Assembly (NCBI GenBank): GCA_030639555.1
Contig: DAOWCM010000003.1
Coordinates: forward strand, 1-42,364
Direction: 5' to 3'
Length of the DNA: 42,364 bases
From: Candidatus Eiseniibacteriota bacterium
Lineage (GTDB): Bacteria; Joyebacterota; Joyebacteria; Joyebacterales; Joyebacteraceae
This document shows, piece after piece, positions 41,022 to 42,364 of this stretch; position 1 is the stretch's first letter, and the number at the start of each line of letters is the position of its first letter. A model generated the notes under the pieces. It had not been told where the DNA came from and made no database searches. It saw only the letters and a list, made by a program, of their open reading frames with translations. Made by a program: the position numbers and the translations under genes.

Positions 41022-41105
41022 CCCCCAGGCCGGAGGGAATCGAACCCACGCCTACGAAACGCGCGGCAGCCTCCCGGTGATCAAATCCGGGACAGCCCAG
41101 GGGGG
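41022..41105 (-). ncRNA. tRNA-like element lacking a D arm (Ser-UGA-like)
   Basis: Closing stem CCCCC-U-GGGCUG/CGGCCU-GGGGG; hairpin UCCCGG-AUUUGAUCA-CCGGGA; variable-arm-like hairpin; T arm GUGGG-UUCGAUU-CCCUC. Confidence 0.5.
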
Positions 41106-41198
41106 CGAGATTTTTTTTCTTTCAGCCGTCCAGATCGGAGGGGGGTGATTTTTTCTGGCCGCGGTTTCCAAAGGTTAATATCTGAAAGTAAGGATAGG

Positions 41199-41476
41199 GG
41201 TTGCCAAAAGTCAAGTCATTGCCAACAGGCAAGATGTGCCAAAAGTCAAGCGATGTCCGTTAGTCAATTCGTGGACCCTGCGTCATACATAAGTCCAGCT
41301 TATGGGTGGTGCACCGCGTCGAGGTCACTTGACAAAAGTCAAGTTCTGGACGTAGCCTGAGGAAGGCGGCGGCGATCCGAATCTTAACCTTTGGACATCC
41401 ACCCGGGCGCGCGGATGTGACCTCGAGTGAAGACGATGCGCGGAAACCGGTCCTCCCGACTTAACTTACGTCAAGT
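41199..41476. repeat. Array of TTG(A/C)C-N4-G(T/G)CAA palindromic boxes (operators or iterons)
   Basis: Right half-sites at 41210, 41228, 41245 and 41263 (17-18 bp period); perfect ACTTGAC-AAAA-GTCAAGT at 41327-41344; ACTTAAC-TTAC-GTCAAGT at 41459-41476. Confidence 0.7.
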
Positions 41477-41612
41477 TTGATACCTTGAGAACATGCCGGA
41501 GGCTCGGGGCGCGATTCGGGACCAGAGCGGACCTTGAAACCAGACGCCGTCCGGAGGCTCGACGCGCCATCGTCCGTCGTGATCGGATGCGCGCAAGTCT
41601 ACGCGGACACCG

Positions 41613-41930
41613 ATGGCGAAGACGACACGAACGCCACGCGGGAGAATCACGAGCGAATATGTAGGCTCGGAATACACTGCTATGATAGCGCGAAACGCGT
41701 TGGAGCTCCTCGAGTCGATTCCATCGGAGCGTAGACTACGCGGCCGAAAGCGTTTGGGCAAGCGTTGGAGCACGAACGCGAACGCTTGCGCATCGTGTCA
41801 ACTCACGACGCATCCACATCTTGCGCGCGGTCTCTGCTATCGGTGTTACCACGATTTGATTAACACGAATAGACGAGCCGAGCGGGCAGTACAGAACTTG
41901 CCTAAAGTTAACTGCCGCACTGACCTATGA
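41613..41930 (+). CDS. Small basic Zn-finger protein
   Basis: CASC...H.ARGLCYRCY; first ORF of the plus-strand arm. Confidence 0.55.
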   Translation: MAKTTRTPRGRITSEYVGSEYTAMIARNALELLESIPSERRLRGRKRLGKRWSTNANACASCQLTTHPHLARGLCYRCYHDLINTNRRAERAVQNLPKVNCRTDL

Positions 41931-42040
41931 GCCTGGCTTATCTGAAAATAACCTGAGATTCTCGCCCCTTTCCCTTGGCATTCTCGATAGAATGATTGCT
42001 CGGGCGTTGCTTACTGACAGGCAAGCAAGAGGGAAGCACG

Positions 42041-42364
42041 ATGAGACTACCAAAGGGCGATGAGATTCGGGCCCTTGTTCTCGCCGAGATGCGCATCGCT
42101 CTCAAGGCAAAGCGCATCAACCTCGGGCAATGGGTCGCGGCGCAATCGGTCGTTTGGCCAGAGACTACGCCAAAGATTCTCGGCGACTCTCTCAAGGTCC
42201 AAAAAGGGCGCAAGATCGGCTTTGAAACGGCCGTTATCTATCTGGCGCCAGCGGTCGAGAGTGTAGCGTACGGGGGCGAAGACACCTGTTTAGGGCGCTC
42301 GCGAGGTTGTACGCTCGCCTGTCTTGGCCATCGCTCGGATCGGCTTAGAATGGTCTCTGGCGCC
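42041..42364 (+). CDS. gp88-like protein, 5' part (continues at 142-645)
   Basis: ATG 42041 after GAGGGAAG; open frame MRLPKGDEIR...KGRKIGFETAVIYLAPA...TCLGRSRGCTLACL runs into the terminal repeat. Confidence 0.75.
   Translation, partial: MRLPKGDEIRALVLAEMRIALKAKRINLGQWVAAQSVVWPETTPKILGDSLKVQKGRKIGFETAVIYLAPAVESVAYGGEDTCLGRSRGCTLACLGHRSDRLRMVSGA
42224..42364. repeat. Terminal direct repeat, copy 2
   Basis: Identical to 1-141. Confidence 0.95.

Noticed and set aside
41022-41060. attP site derived from a tRNA 3' end
   Set aside because: No integrase is recognisable, and the T arm is part of a larger self-contained fold. It cannot be fully excluded without the host genome.
41228-41243. Sigma-54 promoter (TGGCAC...TTGC on the minus strand), attractive because rsr-rtcB operons are sigma-54 driven
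   Set aside because: GG to GC spacing is 8 nt, not the required 10. The sequence is explained by the palindromic box array.

Overview
The window is an apparently complete circular, GC-rich, podovirus-like tailed phage genome of 42,223 unique bp. Bases 1-141 repeat exactly at 42224-42364, and one gene reads through that junction. The plus-strand arm (about 41.6 kb through the junction to 7.0 kb) holds early and replication genes: a gp88-like Cys protein, a Cas4/DUF2800-like nuclease, RecT, a DUF1064-like nuclease and a DUF1376-like initiator. The long minus-strand arm holds accessory genes (41.0 to 31.0 kb), then TerL, portal, scaffold, major capsid, LamG and tail-fibre proteins, adaptor, nozzle and four probable ejection proteins. 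I recognise no integrase, repressor, DNA polymerase or endolysin. The standout is a phage-encoded Ro60/TROVE ribonucleoprotein module (about 34.4-37.7 kb, minus strand). In transcription order it has Ro60, two twin-arginine-signal proteins, a small P-loop kinase, and a non-coding array. The array holds five divergent Y-RNA-like units that share a covarying Ro-binding stem but carry different payloads, plus two other structured RNAs and an rrn-type boxA site. One unit is a complete circularly permuted tRNA with an intact UGU anticodon arm, and another retains a tRNA-Asp (GUC) loop. All calls come from reading the sequence and motifs by eye; no database searches were run.
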